From Escherichia phage vB_EcoM_Schickermooser, in the sequence record NC_048196.1: a DNA stretch of 64,000 bases. One strand, 5' to 3'. Under the pieces are notes generated by a model that was not told the DNA's origin, searched no databases, and saw nothing but the letters and a program-made list of their open reading frames with translations. Positions within the stretch are counted from its first letter, which is position 1. Each line of letters begins with the position of its first letter. Both the position numbers and the translations under genes were made by a program. Of the stretch, positions 10,273-20,414 are shown in pieces.

Positions 10273-10464
10273 TTAATCTTCCTCCAGATCAATTTCATTA
10301 TAACAATGTATGCAGAAACCATCATTGTGCATATGTTGTTCATAAGACATATCTTTACCACAAGACCAACAACGGATATCCCCATCGTCCCATTCACGTT
10401 CTTCTTCACCTTCAAATTCATCTGGTAGGTAAGGCATACCAAGACAATCTAAATCGTAATGCAT
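10273..10464 (-). CDS. small Cys-rich zinc-ribbon-like protein (63 aa)
   Basis: Perfect RBS AGGAGG 4 nt upstream of ATG on minus strand; CxxC...HCY pattern (CWSCGKD...CIHCYNE). Confidence 0.55.
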   Translation of the reverse strand: MHYDLDCLGMPYLPDEFEGEEEREWDDGDIRCWSCGKDMSYEQHMHNDGFCIHCYNEIDLEED

Positions 10465-10475
10465 ATCTCCTCCTA

Positions 10476-10498
10476 TAAAGGGGCAGAAGCCCCTTATA
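10476..10498 (-). terminator. intergenic hairpin GGGGC-UUCU-GCCCC after DNA polymerase gene
   Basis: 5-bp GC stem just downstream of polymerase stop, followed by UUUAUA and then the RBS of the next gene; attenuator or processing site rather than a strong terminator. Confidence 0.4.
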
Positions 10499-10512
10499 AA
10501 ACAATGAGTTAA

Positions 10513-13110
10513 CTAGTGACAGGACGCCCAGGAGTTACCCACATCATATCCGGCAGTAAGCTGAACGTTAAGATTGTAAAATTCTCCAGCCTTAGTAACA
10601 GCTAAAGCAGCAAGTTCACCTGCCCGACTATAGGCTGTAAACCATCCACCTTTGGGAGATTCATGAATGTTAGCCCAAATTTGCCCTGTCTCTTTTTCCT
10701 TATTATGCTTCCATTCTTCGACTTTAGCAAGGCATTCTTTATCAATTTTCTTTTGTTCTTCAGGATCGTCTACTTTTTTCCAACCTAATGATTCGGGTGA
10801 AAACCATTTAAATTCTACAAGGTTACGAGAAACTTCAAGCTGGGCTTCATCGTGATATGCAATCATTTGTTGTACGAAGTCTTTATTCTTCCAGTCATCT
10901 TTAAAGAAGTCAACACTTAGTCCTTCTTCTTCGATCATATCATCATAAATAACCATTGCACGTTTAGCACAGATAACCCCACCGCTTTGGAACAGAGAGT
11001 TAAGAATCGCATGAGCAGAACGAGTAGGAACCTTACGACCGTCAATACCCAAAACATATTGTTTACCAGTCTTAACCCAGAAATCGTTTAAACGTTCTTT
11101 AAGACGCGCCAATGGGAATGCAGCTTCCCAGAAAGCATCGAACACCAATTGACCTGTAAACTTATCGCTACCAATTGTTTTAGCAACCTTGTCGGCTTGT
11201 GCACCATAGGTAATACCATACTTAACAGATTTAGCAGGACTACGTTCAAATTTACGTCCAATAGTTTCAGTGATACGTTTTGCCATCATTGTGTGAACAT
11301 CATTAGGTTTCTCTAACAACAGAGCGTTACAATATTCGTGTGGCTCCGGCTCGTATCGCCAACAGTAGTGTGATTCAATTTTTGCTTCCAAAGAGTCGAA
11401 GTCGTAGCCAATCTGGAAGTATTTAGGAACCTCTACACCAAACAAGTTACGCATCTCCCATCCAAACAAAGATGTGACACGAGGAATATTAGCTACAGAC
11501 CTATGCTTCATACGAGAGGTTGCAGCATCACATGTAGCGGCTGGTGTAGGAATACGCCCATCCGCCCTTACTGCGGCTAAGAAACCTTTATCATATTCTT
11601 GGTCTTCTTCATCTTCTTCCCAATCAGCACCACCACCTAAAATAGAGTTCCTACGATGCTTATACGTTAAGTATTCTACAATCTGTGTAGCATAAGGGAA
11701 TTTCTCACCCAAAGCTTGCAGGTTAGGACAGATTTCTTTTTCCTGACCTTTGGTAAAACATGGGTTAGTCAATACTTTAAGACCGCGACCTTTACCTTTT
11801 GCTATACGCTCTTGAATCTTCCTTTCCAAGGTTTCCGGTGTGCACTCCAGATGATCACAACGGTCCTGACAAAAATTAGAAGATAAAGTTTGCTCAACGT
11901 AAGCTCGAATACCTTTCTGAAGTTCTTCCTCGCTCTTTTTAATCTTGGTGCCAGATTTAAGAGTCAAATCTTTATCTTTATATTCCGATGGTACCCAACC
12001 TAATCCTACAAGCCAGTTTTTAATATGGGTTGTATCGTTTAATGTTGCAGGGATGTGAGGATCACATAAAGGCTCATCTGCTGCAACTGGCAGTTTCCAC
12101 TCTTTCCCCAACATAACTAACCACCAATCTCCATCCCTCTCTTCCAAATGACCATCATGTTTCTTAGCAAAATTGATCATATGGTTAGTTGGTTCTAAGT
12201 TCTTTTTAATTTGCAACTTAGGTGGAATAAAAGCTTTAAGATAACCTTTTGTTGCTGGTTTAGGTGGCAAAATAGGCTCAACGAGTAAACGAAGACGCTC
12301 CATTTCTGCATCCAAAAAAGCAAGGTTCTCTTCTGCTTGCTTCATGTTAAAAGCAAACCCACGGTGTTCCTGGCGCGTGATAATGTCTGCTACACGTTGT
12401 TCAAGTTCAAATGGACCTTCCCATTTATCATAATCACCCCATTCTTCCATGAGGTAATTATATACACTTGTGTTGGCTTTGTTATCATAGATACAGTAAT
12501 AAAGCATATCCGCAGCAAAAGTCTTAAATCGATCTTCTTCTGGAATCTCTTTACGGAAATCTATTTTTACATCACCGCCTGCTTTTCGAGAAAGTGCTGC
12601 CAAGCTATGTCCTGATTTGCCCTCAATCTTTCGATCTGGGTTTAACACTTTACTCAAAATCAAAGAGTCAATAAGTTTTACCTTATTTTTGCCCCACGTG
12701 TTATATTTAACACTGTAATCTAATCCATAAAACAGTTTTGTAGCCAACCAGTCATAGTTGATACCGTTGTGTGCCACAGCCATTTCAACCAAATATTCAG
12801 GCTTGTCTTTAAAATAACCTTCATGATTAATAAAGTCTGGGAAATCTTTTAGTTGAAAATGTGTGTAATCTTGCGCCACATATTCTTTAAGAACATACGT
12901 GTATTTACCATCTGATTCTTCATAAGGACGCCCGTCAAAAATATACTTAGGGCCATCGTGGAAAGCTACTATCTCTCCTGTTTCATGGTTCTCTAAGACA
13001 ATACAGTGCATTTGAAATGTGTCTTTGAGACGATAAGGACTAGCTAAATAATCGATAGTGTCATTATTCAACAATCCGTTTGCTTCAATATCCCATGTAA
13101 ACTTACTCAC
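10513..13110 (-). CDS. DNA polymerase, family A (865 aa)
   Basis: N-terminal 3'-5' exonuclease Exo I motif DIEANGL; polymerase motif B KSVKYGITYGA and motif C AYHDEAQLEV. Confidence 0.9.
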   Translation of the reverse strand: MSKFTWDIEANGLLNNDTIDYLASPYRLKDTFQMHCIVLENHETGEIVAFHDGPKYIFDGRPYEESDGKYTYVLKEYVAQDYTHFQLKDFPDFINHEGYFKDKPEYLVEMAVAHNGINYDWLATKLFYGLDYSVKYNTWGKNKVKLIDSLILSKVLNPDRKIEGKSGHSLAALSRKAGGDVKIDFRKEIPEEDRFKTFAADMLYYCIYDNKANTSVYNYLMEEWGDYDKWEGPFELEQRVADIITRQEHRGFAFNMKQAEENLAFLDAEMERLRLLVEPILPPKPATKGYLKAFIPPKLQIKKNLEPTNHMINFAKKHDGHLEERDGDWWLVMLGKEWKLPVAADEPLCDPHIPATLNDTTHIKNWLVGLGWVPSEYKDKDLTLKSGTKIKKSEEELQKGIRAYVEQTLSSNFCQDRCDHLECTPETLERKIQERIAKGKGRGLKVLTNPCFTKGQEKEICPNLQALGEKFPYATQIVEYLTYKHRRNSILGGGADWEEDEEDQEYDKGFLAAVRADGRIPTPAATCDAATSRMKHRSVANIPRVTSLFGWEMRNLFGVEVPKYFQIGYDFDSLEAKIESHYCWRYEPEPHEYCNALLLEKPNDVHTMMAKRITETIGRKFERSPAKSVKYGITYGAQADKVAKTIGSDKFTGQLVFDAFWEAAFPLARLKERLNDFWVKTGKQYVLGIDGRKVPTRSAHAILNSLFQSGGVICAKRAMVIYDDMIEEEGLSVDFFKDDWKNKDFVQQMIAYHDEAQLEVSRNLVEFKWFSPESLGWKKVDDPEEQKKIDKECLAKVEEWKHNKEKETGQIWANIHESPKGGWFTAYSRAGELAALAVTKAGEFYNLNVQLTAGYDVGNSWASCH

Positions 13111-13904
13111 TATTCCTCCTTTCTAATGTTCTCCAGAACCCACTGAAGTTCTTTTAAACTTAAACTTCTTACTCCCGCAGTTTTACTAGCTTCGGCTTTA
13201 AGTAACGGGTAAGCCTCAATGATACGCGTTTTAAGATCAGAAGTCAAGGCTTTTAAAAAATAGGTAGATGCTTCAGATAAAGAATCTTCTTCTGATAACA
13301 CTTTACCTGCACTTGCTCCCGCTCTCCTAACGGCTATGTCGTAGTCTTTACTGTTGCCTAATACGAATAGTCGATTTTCTCCTAAAACAACGGGAGAACG
13401 CTTCTCGTTGCGTTTAATCCATACCTGGAATACACAAGGAACATCCCAAGGTTCTCCATGAAGAATAAAAGATCCTTTTGGACATTCTTCTTCGTAAAGA
13501 AGATGCATGTGGGGATTTAGTTTGTGTGCAAAAAAGATTTTTTGAAATGTGCGAGGCAAGATAAAACAAATACCACCTTCGTTATCCAACATTTCAGCAC
13601 AATGGTTAAAGAACTTAATGGCAAGACTAGCATTTTTTCCAAACGGAGGATTACCGACAAAAGCAGTTACACTACCAACAGACTCAACAGATTGAGCTAA
13701 AAAATCTGCCTCAATACAATCTTCAAACTTAGGGTCAATATCAAAAGAAGTTATGTTTTTAAAACAAGAAGAGAAAGCTCCTTCTCCCGCAGATGGTTCT
13801 ACGTAGTTAGCTTCCTCTCCAAAAATTTCTTTGATCTTATCACATAAGAACCCCGCATAAGCGGGGTTAGTGTAATATTGATCAAGTGTGTTCAACTTGC
13901 TCAA
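13110..13904 (-). CDS. DNA methyltransferase (amino-methyltransferase, NPPF motif; 264 aa)
   Basis: Motif I-like EPSAGEGAF and catalytic motif IV VGNPPFGK; start overlaps polymerase stop. Confidence 0.7.
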   Translation of the reverse strand: MSKLNTLDQYYTNPAYAGFLCDKIKEIFGEEANYVEPSAGEGAFSSCFKNITSFDIDPKFEDCIEADFLAQSVESVGSVTAFVGNPPFGKNASLAIKFFNHCAEMLDNEGGICFILPRTFQKIFFAHKLNPHMHLLYEEECPKGSFILHGEPWDVPCVFQVWIKRNEKRSPVVLGENRLFVLGNSKDYDIAVRRAGASAGKVLSEEDSLSEASTYFLKALTSDLKTRIIEAYPLLKAEASKTAGVRSLSLKELQWVLENIRKEE

Positions 13905-13913
13905 TAGTCCTCC

Positions 13914-14345
13914 TTAGTTGTTAGCGAACTCAATAGTGAGGTCAACTTTACCATCGTCAGAAATAACCATGTTTTTGGTATTTTTAAAGATGATATCTAC
14001 TTTACCTTCACTTACACGACAGAATGCAACACCATCTGCAACTTTATCGATATAATATTTGTAAGAAAGAATACCCACTTTACTACGACCAGCACCTTTT
14101 GTGAAAGAAGGGCTTACATCGAAACGGAAACCTTTAGAAGAAACAACACGGTAAGAACGTCCAGTTGGAAGATGTTCAATAACAGAGACATTGTTCTCAA
14201 CAACTTTTACAGCAAACTCTTCAGGATGATCCTCAACAATCATATGTGGGATGGCAAATGCCAACGCTTGTTTGTGTTTAATAACACCAGCACCCAGAGC
14301 ACCAGCAGCTTTAACTTTTGCATTCAGATCGATTGTCATACGCAT
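13914..14345 (-). CDS. hypothetical protein (143 aa)
   Basis: ORF between methyltransferase and primase-helicase, same strand. Confidence 0.5.
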   Translation of the reverse strand: MRMTIDLNAKVKAAGALGAGVIKHKQALAFAIPHMIVEDHPEEFAVKVVENNVSVIEHLPTGRSYRVVSSKGFRFDVSPSFTKGAGRSKVGILSYKYYIDKVADGVAFCRVSEGKVDIIFKNTKNMVISDDGKVDLTIEFANN

Positions 14346-14423
14346 TTTTACTTCTCCTCTTGTTTGGTTGATGAGACAAGTATAAGTCCCTTCCGTAAAG
14401 TTGTCAACAGGTATTTTTAATAA

Positions 14424-14439
14424 AAGGGCCGAAGCCCTT
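14424..14439 (-). terminator. intergenic hairpin AAGGGC-CGAA-GCCCTT
   Basis: 6-bp stem at the 3' end of the primase-helicase gene on the minus strand; short U-tract. Confidence 0.35.
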
Positions 14440-16216
14440 AATAGTTGCTATCCGTAGGCAAATTAGCAGGATTGTTGAAATACTGCTCTTTGTCATGCAG
14501 AGTTGCAGTTCTAATGTCATAGTAAAACTGCCCTGCCGGACCCGTTTCCGAGAACTCACGGTTTTTTAGGATAAAGCAATGAGTCGTATTGCGTTCTACA
14601 GGGTCTTCAGCGGCTTTATCTCGTTCCAAAGCCAAGGTAATACCAGCACCTTTAGCCAAGAAACTACTACCCATTGCATCGTCCTCTGTTAAGTGTTCAT
14701 TGCCACCATTAGCTGACTTCTTAACGTGTGAGATGACGATAATAGTTATAGCATACTCTTTCATGATTCGCTTCAACCATGTTGCTAACTCTTCCTGGGC
14801 TTGAACATCCATACCAGAAAGCAAATCAGAATAAGGGTCGATAACAAGAATTGTTACTCCAAAATAGATGATCATCTCCAAAACTTTTTCTTTGATAGAC
14901 TCCACATCTGCTCCACGATCATCACACACATAAAAACGTGGTGATCCATCTTCTCTTTCGTAAAAATCTAGGATTTTTTCTTTATTCTCTTCCAAGATTT
15001 GAAATTTCTCTTCCGGTGTTTTCCTGTGTAGAGGAATATGCAAGAAAGAGGACAACAGGTTACGAGAATATTTCTTATAAGTTGCTTCCAAGGACAGAAT
15101 ACCTAGGGTATGTTCTGGGTGTGCAACGATAATATGTTTGGTGATCTCGTTCACCATCAAAGTTTTACCGATACTGGTCTTTGCCAGGATGACTGTAATC
15201 TCTTCCTCTACTAAACCACCACCCAGCATATTTGCAGCAACACGCATAAAAGGAGGCAAGGTAATCATCTTGGATTCCAAGCATTCTAATGCAGCTTCAT
15301 ACAAGACATTAGAAGCATAAACACCTGCTGGGGTGTATAGACGAGCACTCCAAAAAGCTTTTACGAAATCTTTTGCACGACCTTCTTCCAGATACTGATT
15401 GGCATCCTTAAGATCCATCTGCATACGGTAGACTTTGTTACGAGGCAGCACCTTAACAATATTTTCAAATGCCTCATTACCTGCTTTGTCATTATCCATG
15501 CAAACAATAATCTTCTTAAATTTTTCAAAGAAAGGATATTGTGCCTGAACTTGTTTATACATACTGGTTTCACCAGTTGTGCCACTAACTACTGCTGGAA
15601 GTTCATATTTGTTGTCCAAGTTTTCAGACAGCATTTGATAAGCTGCCAGAGCATCGTGTTCACCACCTGTAATTACCACAGTATGAGAACGGTCTGCAAA
15701 ACGAATTTGTCCAAAAAGATCTACATCTTTACCTACTTGACCAATAGGTTTACTGAAATCTTTAGGATGAATACGACGCTTAAAACCAACCAATTCTTTA
15801 CCGATAGTAGTCGGATATAAACAACTTTCTACTACCATCTGATCCCCTTCCTGACGGTATTCATAACGAACACCATAGAAAGATGAAACTTTTTCTTTAA
15901 TGCCTCGATAACCACGTGGGTTGGTTGATGTTTCTTGAACAATTTTACGATGAATCTGTTTATTAAATTCCGAACCCACAATCTCCTCCTCTTCTTCTAA
16001 AACTTCACCATTTTCTCGTAACCATTCTACGCTAGGAATAGTGTATTCACACGCAAAGCACTTAGCACCTTTATGCTCTCCATTAGAATCTAATCCATAA
16101 ACCATCAGGTTATTACGAGAGCGATCCTTGCCATTTTTCATGCAGCGCGGACAACCTGTATGCCCTTCCTTGCTAAGATCAACATCAAATCCATATTTAG
16201 TTATAATGTGCGACAC
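14438..16216 (-). CDS. bifunctional primase-helicase (T7 gp4-like; 592 aa)
   Basis: N-terminal zinc ribbon CPRCMKNG...CFACEY; C-terminal DnaB-like helicase Walker A ILAKTSIGKT and Walker B-like VLVIDPYSDL. Confidence 0.8.
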   Translation of the reverse strand: MSHIITKYGFDVDLSKEGHTGCPRCMKNGKDRSRNNLMVYGLDSNGEHKGAKCFACEYTIPSVEWLRENGEVLEEEEEIVGSEFNKQIHRKIVQETSTNPRGYRGIKEKVSSFYGVRYEYRQEGDQMVVESCLYPTTIGKELVGFKRRIHPKDFSKPIGQVGKDVDLFGQIRFADRSHTVVITGGEHDALAAYQMLSENLDNKYELPAVVSGTTGETSMYKQVQAQYPFFEKFKKIIVCMDNDKAGNEAFENIVKVLPRNKVYRMQMDLKDANQYLEEGRAKDFVKAFWSARLYTPAGVYASNVLYEAALECLESKMITLPPFMRVAANMLGGGLVEEEITVILAKTSIGKTLMVNEITKHIIVAHPEHTLGILSLEATYKKYSRNLLSSFLHIPLHRKTPEEKFQILEENKEKILDFYEREDGSPRFYVCDDRGADVESIKEKVLEMIIYFGVTILVIDPYSDLLSGMDVQAQEELATWLKRIMKEYAITIIVISHVKKSANGGNEHLTEDDAMGSSFLAKGAGITLALERDKAAEDPVERNTTHCFILKNREFSETGPAGQFYYDIRTATLHDKEQYFNNPANLPTDSNY

Positions 16217-16228
16217 TTTGTTCTCCTG

Positions 16229-16507
16229 TTAAAATGGTTCGTTAGTCTCCATCATATATTCTGCTTCTAGTTCTTCCATATGCTTTCTAAATTGGAAAGC
16301 AATTTCTGCTACAGTTACATTTAAATCTTTTTCAAAAACTTCTGTAGAGCCTTCATAAAAACGAATACCGTCAATTAAAAGCCCTCCGTGGTAATCCCAA
16401 TCACTTTCACGAGAAAGCGGGTTAGGCTCTTCATAATAGTAATCCACCTCCACGACTAAAGCTTTCCCGTTACGAGTGGTGTATTCAAAATCAAAAGTGT
16501 TAATCAT
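16229..16507 (-). CDS. hypothetical protein (92 aa)
   Basis: ORF in gene train; start abuts downstream gene. Confidence 0.5.
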   Translation of the reverse strand: MINTFDFEYTTRNGKALVVEVDYYYEEPNPLSRESDWDYHGGLLIDGIRFYEGSTEVFEKDLNVTVAEIAFQFRKHMEELEAEYMMETNEPF

Positions 16508-17451
16508 TATAGCTCCTCAAATAAAAGTCTACGACGCTCATTCAACACATCAATGTGATAATGAGTCCTGACATACTTAGCTAATGCTAATCCTTTCTCC
16601 ATGCAAACATCGGGAGCACTTAATAAGTATTCCGTAATATCTTTCCACTCGGAAGGTGTTTCAGCAAAGAATAACAAATCTTTAAACTCTTGTGTATGAT
16701 AATTCTCACGAGGAGAACAGATCAAAGGTAAACCCTTAGCACCTGCCTCAAGAATTTTAAGATTGCTTTTTGCATTATTAAACACGTTATCAATCAATGG
16801 CGCAAGACTGATTTGATGACCATCGTAAGATTCCATGTAGTTGGCATATGGTCTTACACCTTCATAAACACAAGTTGGTGCTACATTTTCTCTGATTACA
16901 GACCATTCACGACTACTTAAAACTTCAGAATCCCTACGAAAACCACATATTGTAAGATCTTTACCAAAATCGGGCAAGATAGCCAAATCTTGTTTATGTG
17001 TTTCACTTCCAGCCCAGACTAATGGAGTTTTGGAGTAGCGATCACGGGTCAACACAAATTGACCTTCCTCGTAAGGAAGTCCATTAGGGATTATGTGCAC
17101 ATTATCATTGTATTGTGAAAGTTCAACTTGCAAGGCAGGTGTCGTAGTTGTAACAAGATCACTGTGCTCTAAAAACCATTTTAAATGTTCACGAATACCT
17201 GATTCAAAAATACCTTCTAACATGTGTCCTTTTGGAATAACTAAAGAGTCATCCAAATCCATAACCATTTTAAAGCCTAGGTTTTTAAGGGCTAAAAAGC
17301 CCTCTTTACCTTTTGTTGGCACTCCGTTAAAAACGAAAACGTTGTGTTTAGGTTGTGAAGAGAACTGCCTTGAGTAAGGCAGCACTACCCTATGGAAATC
17401 GCAGACACTATAATTGATTCCGTTACGATTGTCAAGAATTATTTGTCCCAT
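16507..17451 (-). CDS. GT-B fold glycosyltransferase-like protein, paralog 1 (314 aa)
   Basis: C-terminal KSNLKILEAGAKGLPLICS resembles the GT1/GT4 motif (LEA.A.G.P.I); paralogous to 17459..18445. Confidence 0.45.
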   Translation of the reverse strand: MGQIILDNRNGINYSVCDFHRVVLPYSRQFSSQPKHNVFVFNGVPTKGKEGFLALKNLGFKMVMDLDDSLVIPKGHMLEGIFESGIREHLKWFLEHSDLVTTTTPALQVELSQYNDNVHIIPNGLPYEEGQFVLTRDRYSKTPLVWAGSETHKQDLAILPDFGKDLTICGFRRDSEVLSSREWSVIRENVAPTCVYEGVRPYANYMESYDGHQISLAPLIDNVFNNAKSNLKILEAGAKGLPLICSPRENYHTQEFKDLLFFAETPSEWKDITEYLLSAPDVCMEKGLALAKYVRTHYHIDVLNERRRLLFEEL

Positions 17452-17458
17452 ACTTCAC

Positions 17459-18445
17459 CTACAAACTTTCAATAACCTGGCGTCGCAATTCGTTTGCATC
17501 TGCCAGATTATAATGTGTTCGAACATGTTCCGCTAAGAACAAGCCGCGATCTTCCCGATAGTTCGGATTGCGAAGAAGCTTAACAATTTCGTAATGCCAT
17601 TCTGCTTTATTCTCTGCATAAGCAACAGCGCGAGCATCTACAGGGTTAAAATAAGGTAATACCTTAGAACAAACAATCGGAATACCTTTTGCCCCAGCTT
17701 CAAGGATTTTGAGATTACTTTTACAATTATTAAAATCATTATCTACCAAAGGAGCTATAGCAATAGCATGACTTTCGTAAACACTCATGTAATTATCTAA
17801 ATCTTTTACAGCAGCTTTATATTTGGCATTTGGTAAATTTCTACGGATCTTAATCCACTCTTGCCCTGTGATACTCTGCGAAGCTTCATACCCCGCAATA
17901 GTAAGAAGTTCATCATCAAAAGTGTTAGAGACTAGTCGTAAATCAGGTTCATGACTAGCACCTCCAGCCCATACAATAGGGGTACCGGATGAACGGTCAT
18001 TTGACAAAGTAAATTGTCCGCTATCAAAAGGAAGTGCATTTCGGATTACAACAACATTTCTATTTAAATGACGGATTTTATATGCCAAATATTCCGTAGT
18101 CACAATGACCACATCAGCAAGCTTAACCATAGCCACAATAGCGTGAGTGTTTGACTCATATAAACTTGCTAAATAATGTTCTGGATTAAGTTGGTAGAAA
18201 TCATCTAAATCTACAACAATCTTAACACCTTGACGTTTCAGGGACAGAACATATTCTGCACCTTTAGAATGAATACGGTTAAACACGACAACATCTTTCT
18301 TAGGCTGAAAATTATTGTTGTTAAATGGTATAACAATACGATGATAATCACAACCGCTGTGAGGTTTTGCATCAATTTTCAGTTTAGTCCATTTTTTATT
18401 TGACATGTGCCAGTGCCTCCTCATAAGAAATTCGGATTTTCCCAT
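17459..18445 (-). CDS. GT-B fold glycosyltransferase-like protein, paralog 2 (328 aa)
   Basis: Shares KSNLKILEAGAKGIPIVCS, PIVWAG and other blocks with 16507..17451. Confidence 0.45.
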   Translation of the reverse strand: MGKSEFLMRRHWHMSNKKWTKLKIDAKPHSGCDYHRIVIPFNNNNFQPKKDVVVFNRIHSKGAEYVLSLKRQGVKIVVDLDDFYQLNPEHYLASLYESNTHAIVAMVKLADVVIVTTEYLAYKIRHLNRNVVVIRNALPFDSGQFTLSNDRSSGTPIVWAGGASHEPDLRLVSNTFDDELLTIAGYEASQSITGQEWIKIRRNLPNAKYKAAVKDLDNYMSVYESHAIAIAPLVDNDFNNCKSNLKILEAGAKGIPIVCSKVLPYFNPVDARAVAYAENKAEWHYEIVKLLRNPNYREDRGLFLAEHVRTHYNLADANELRRQVIESL

Positions 18446-19079
18446 TTTTAATATCTTCTAAAGACGCTTTATATTCTTCCCAGTTAATGCCAATAGCAGC
18501 TTCTTTCTCTTCTTTTGTCAGGTTAGCAAAAGGCATAGGATTGTTTCCAAAAACATCGTCTGGGTGGATATAAGCCATGATACGAAGTGGACAAGGTATT
18601 GCCTGAATACCCTGATTCAAACCAGCAGCTTTCAAACGGTGTACCCATTCAGCATCTTCAAAACCATAGCCGTGAGTGTAAGGGCGGAAATAACCCATCT
18701 TCTCAACAACGGCACGAGAATACATTGCAAATTGACACATTGCAAGCTCCCAGAGAATAACTTCTCCTTTACTCCCAACAACTTTATCTTTGAAATACTC
18801 CGGCATACCAAAGAAATCCCATCCTCCAGAGACAGCTTGATCTACAAAATATGTTTCCCATCCCTCCATGATTGGGTAGCAATCGTCGTCAAAAATAAAC
18901 CAATAATCATAACCTTCTTCATAAAACTGGTGCATAAGTTCATTCCTGGCGTAAGCTACACCTTTACGATCTGGATCGTTGAATACTCGAAAATCTGCAT
19001 GTGGATCTGTTACAAGATAGTCTTTAAGTGGACGGACACCTACAGTGATAACACCCACTCCGATTTTAATATTTTCCAT
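18396..19079 (-). CDS. GT-A type (DxD) glycosyltransferase-like protein (227 aa)
   Basis: GVAYARNEL and WFIFDDDCYP (DxD) motifs typical of GT-A fold enzymes; 3' end overlaps next gene by about 50 nt. Confidence 0.4.
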   Translation of the reverse strand: MENIKIGVGVITVGVRPLKDYLVTDPHADFRVFNDPDRKGVAYARNELMHQFYEEGYDYWFIFDDDCYPIMEGWETYFVDQAVSGGWDFFGMPEYFKDKVVGSKGEVILWELAMCQFAMYSRAVVEKMGYFRPYTHGYGFEDAEWVHRLKAAGLNQGIQAIPCPLRIMAYIHPDDVFGNNPMPFANLTKEEKEAAIGINWEEYKASLEDIKNGKIRISYEEALAHVK

Positions 19080-19087
19080 TTTCTCTC

Positions 19088-19651
19088 CTAGATAGTTTTA
19101 CTGTGATCGTGACAGTGTAATAAATGATGTATAGACCGTTGAGGATTTGTTTGACCTAATCTGTAAATGTGAAACAGATACATTCCCCGCATCAATCCTA
19201 ACCTCTTTCCTTTTTCATGTAAAGTGCGAGAGAAAATTAAGTCGAATTGGATAGATTTTTCTTCGAAAGGAATTTCATTCCACAATGATTTTCTAAAAAG
19301 CAAAAAGAAACCTGCCAGAGGTGTTCCGAAAGGAACTTCTTCAACACTCACTTTATGATATTCTCTTGCAATCTTAGCATATTCTATATGGTTTAGAATG
19401 TCTGGATCATCGTTAATTTGGTTAGAGAAAAGCTGATAACCACTACCTAACCTGTTACAAGTTGCACCTATTACATCAAAAGGCGGGTTTGACATAACAA
19501 GCTCTTCAAGCATAGATGGTTGATCAGGTAGGAGGAACATCGTATCGGTATCTCTTAAACACACCCAACTATCATCTGGAAGAACGGCAATAGCTTCATT
19601 GATAGCCTTGCCGATATTTCCTGTCAGATAGGGAGTAATATAATAAATCAT
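19088..19651 (-). CDS. hypothetical protein, possible DxD glycosyltransferase-like (187 aa)
   Basis: N-terminal YYITPYLTGNIGKAINEAI...CLRDTDTMF with a DTD motif; weak assignment. Confidence 0.35.
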   Translation of the reverse strand: MIYYITPYLTGNIGKAINEAIAVLPDDSWVCLRDTDTMFLLPDQPSMLEELVMSNPPFDVIGATCNRLGSGYQLFSNQINDDPDILNHIEYAKIAREYHKVSVEEVPFGTPLAGFFLLFRKSLWNEIPFEEKSIQFDLIFSRTLHEKGKRLGLMRGMYLFHIYRLGQTNPQRSIHHLLHCHDHSKTI

Positions 19652-19667
19652 TCTCCCCTCCGTTATA

Positions 19668-19859
19668 TTAACTGTCAGCTACAATCCCACGTTTAATCAT
19701 TTCTTGTTGGATTTGGATGACACGATCTCGTGCTTCCATATATTCTTTAAAAGATTCTTGTAGATGGTCACGAGCTACATCCCGTAGTTTAATCAGTTTG
19801 TCGTTTGTCACTTCTTGAAGAGAGATCTCGCCAGTTTCATTGGTCCCAAGCGTTTTCAT
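19668..19859 (-). CDS. hypothetical protein (63 aa)
   Basis: Small ORF in gene train. Confidence 0.4.
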   Translation of the reverse strand: MKTLGTNETGEISLQEVTNDKLIKLRDVARDHLQESFKEYMEARDRVIQIQQEMIKRGIVADS

Positions 19860-20115
19860 TTACAACCTCCTTAATAGCTACTGCACAGTTCTTACAAATA
19901 CATTGACCTTTGTTCTTAGAAATTTCAATGTAAGGTTCATTTTCGTTTTCTCCGCGTCGTGAATCGTATATTACAGTATTGAAGCAGACAACGCAAATGT
20001 TTTTAATAACGACATATTTTTGCACTTTTTGTTTAGTGCGAAAATTGACTTCAATGACTTCTCCCATCAGTGAATCTCCCCTAAAATGTTGTTTTGAGAC
20101 ATTACTGCGGAGCAT
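19837..20115 (-). CDS. small zinc-finger-like protein (92 aa)
   Basis: CVVCFN...CICKNC pattern (two CxxC pairs). Confidence 0.45.
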   Translation of the reverse strand: MLRSNVSKQHFRGDSLMGEVIEVNFRTKQKVQKYVVIKNICVVCFNTVIYDSRRGENENEPYIEISKNKGQCICKNCAVAIKEVVNENAWDQ

Positions 20116-20414
20116 TCTACAGCATCATGAGTCCTTGCAAAACGCTCCCACAACACAGCATCTACTTTAAGAACCATACAAGGATAAATACTGTCGTTGA
20201 TCATATCAATGCTATATTTATCTACATCCTTTTCATCTTCCATAAACAAAGTAGCGTATGCTTCCAAATGTTTACGGGTGTAGTATACGTCCTCTTCGGT
20301 AAGACCGACAACCAGGTAACTTGCTACAACAACAGTATTATCTTCTTGCATTTTAACTCCCCTTTGGTAGATAGAAACCATGCACTTTATCTCGATAAAC
20401 AAGACGCATATCAC
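20067..20414 (-). CDS. hypothetical protein (115 aa)
   Basis: ORF overlapping both neighbours; true start may be internal. Confidence 0.4.
   Translation of the reverse strand: MICVLFIEIKCMVSIYQRGVKMQEDNTVVVASYLVVGLTEEDVYYTRKHLEAYATLFMEDEKDVDKYSIDMINDSIYPCMVLKVDAVLWERFARTHDAVECSAVMSQNNILGEIH

Noticed and set aside
10245-10442. Alternative-frame 65-aa ORF overlapping the zinc-ribbon ORF
   Set aside because: The overlapping 10273..10464 frame has a perfect AGGAGG RBS and a Cys motif; this frame has neither.
18564-19091. Plus-strand 175-aa ORF antisense to the GT-A-like gene; similarly 34088..34732, 30283..30801, 29483..29923 and 42728..43234 on the plus strand
   Set aside because: All lie within a 35-kb uninterrupted minus-strand gene train, overlap better-supported genes, and have no RBS; judged to be antisense artefacts.
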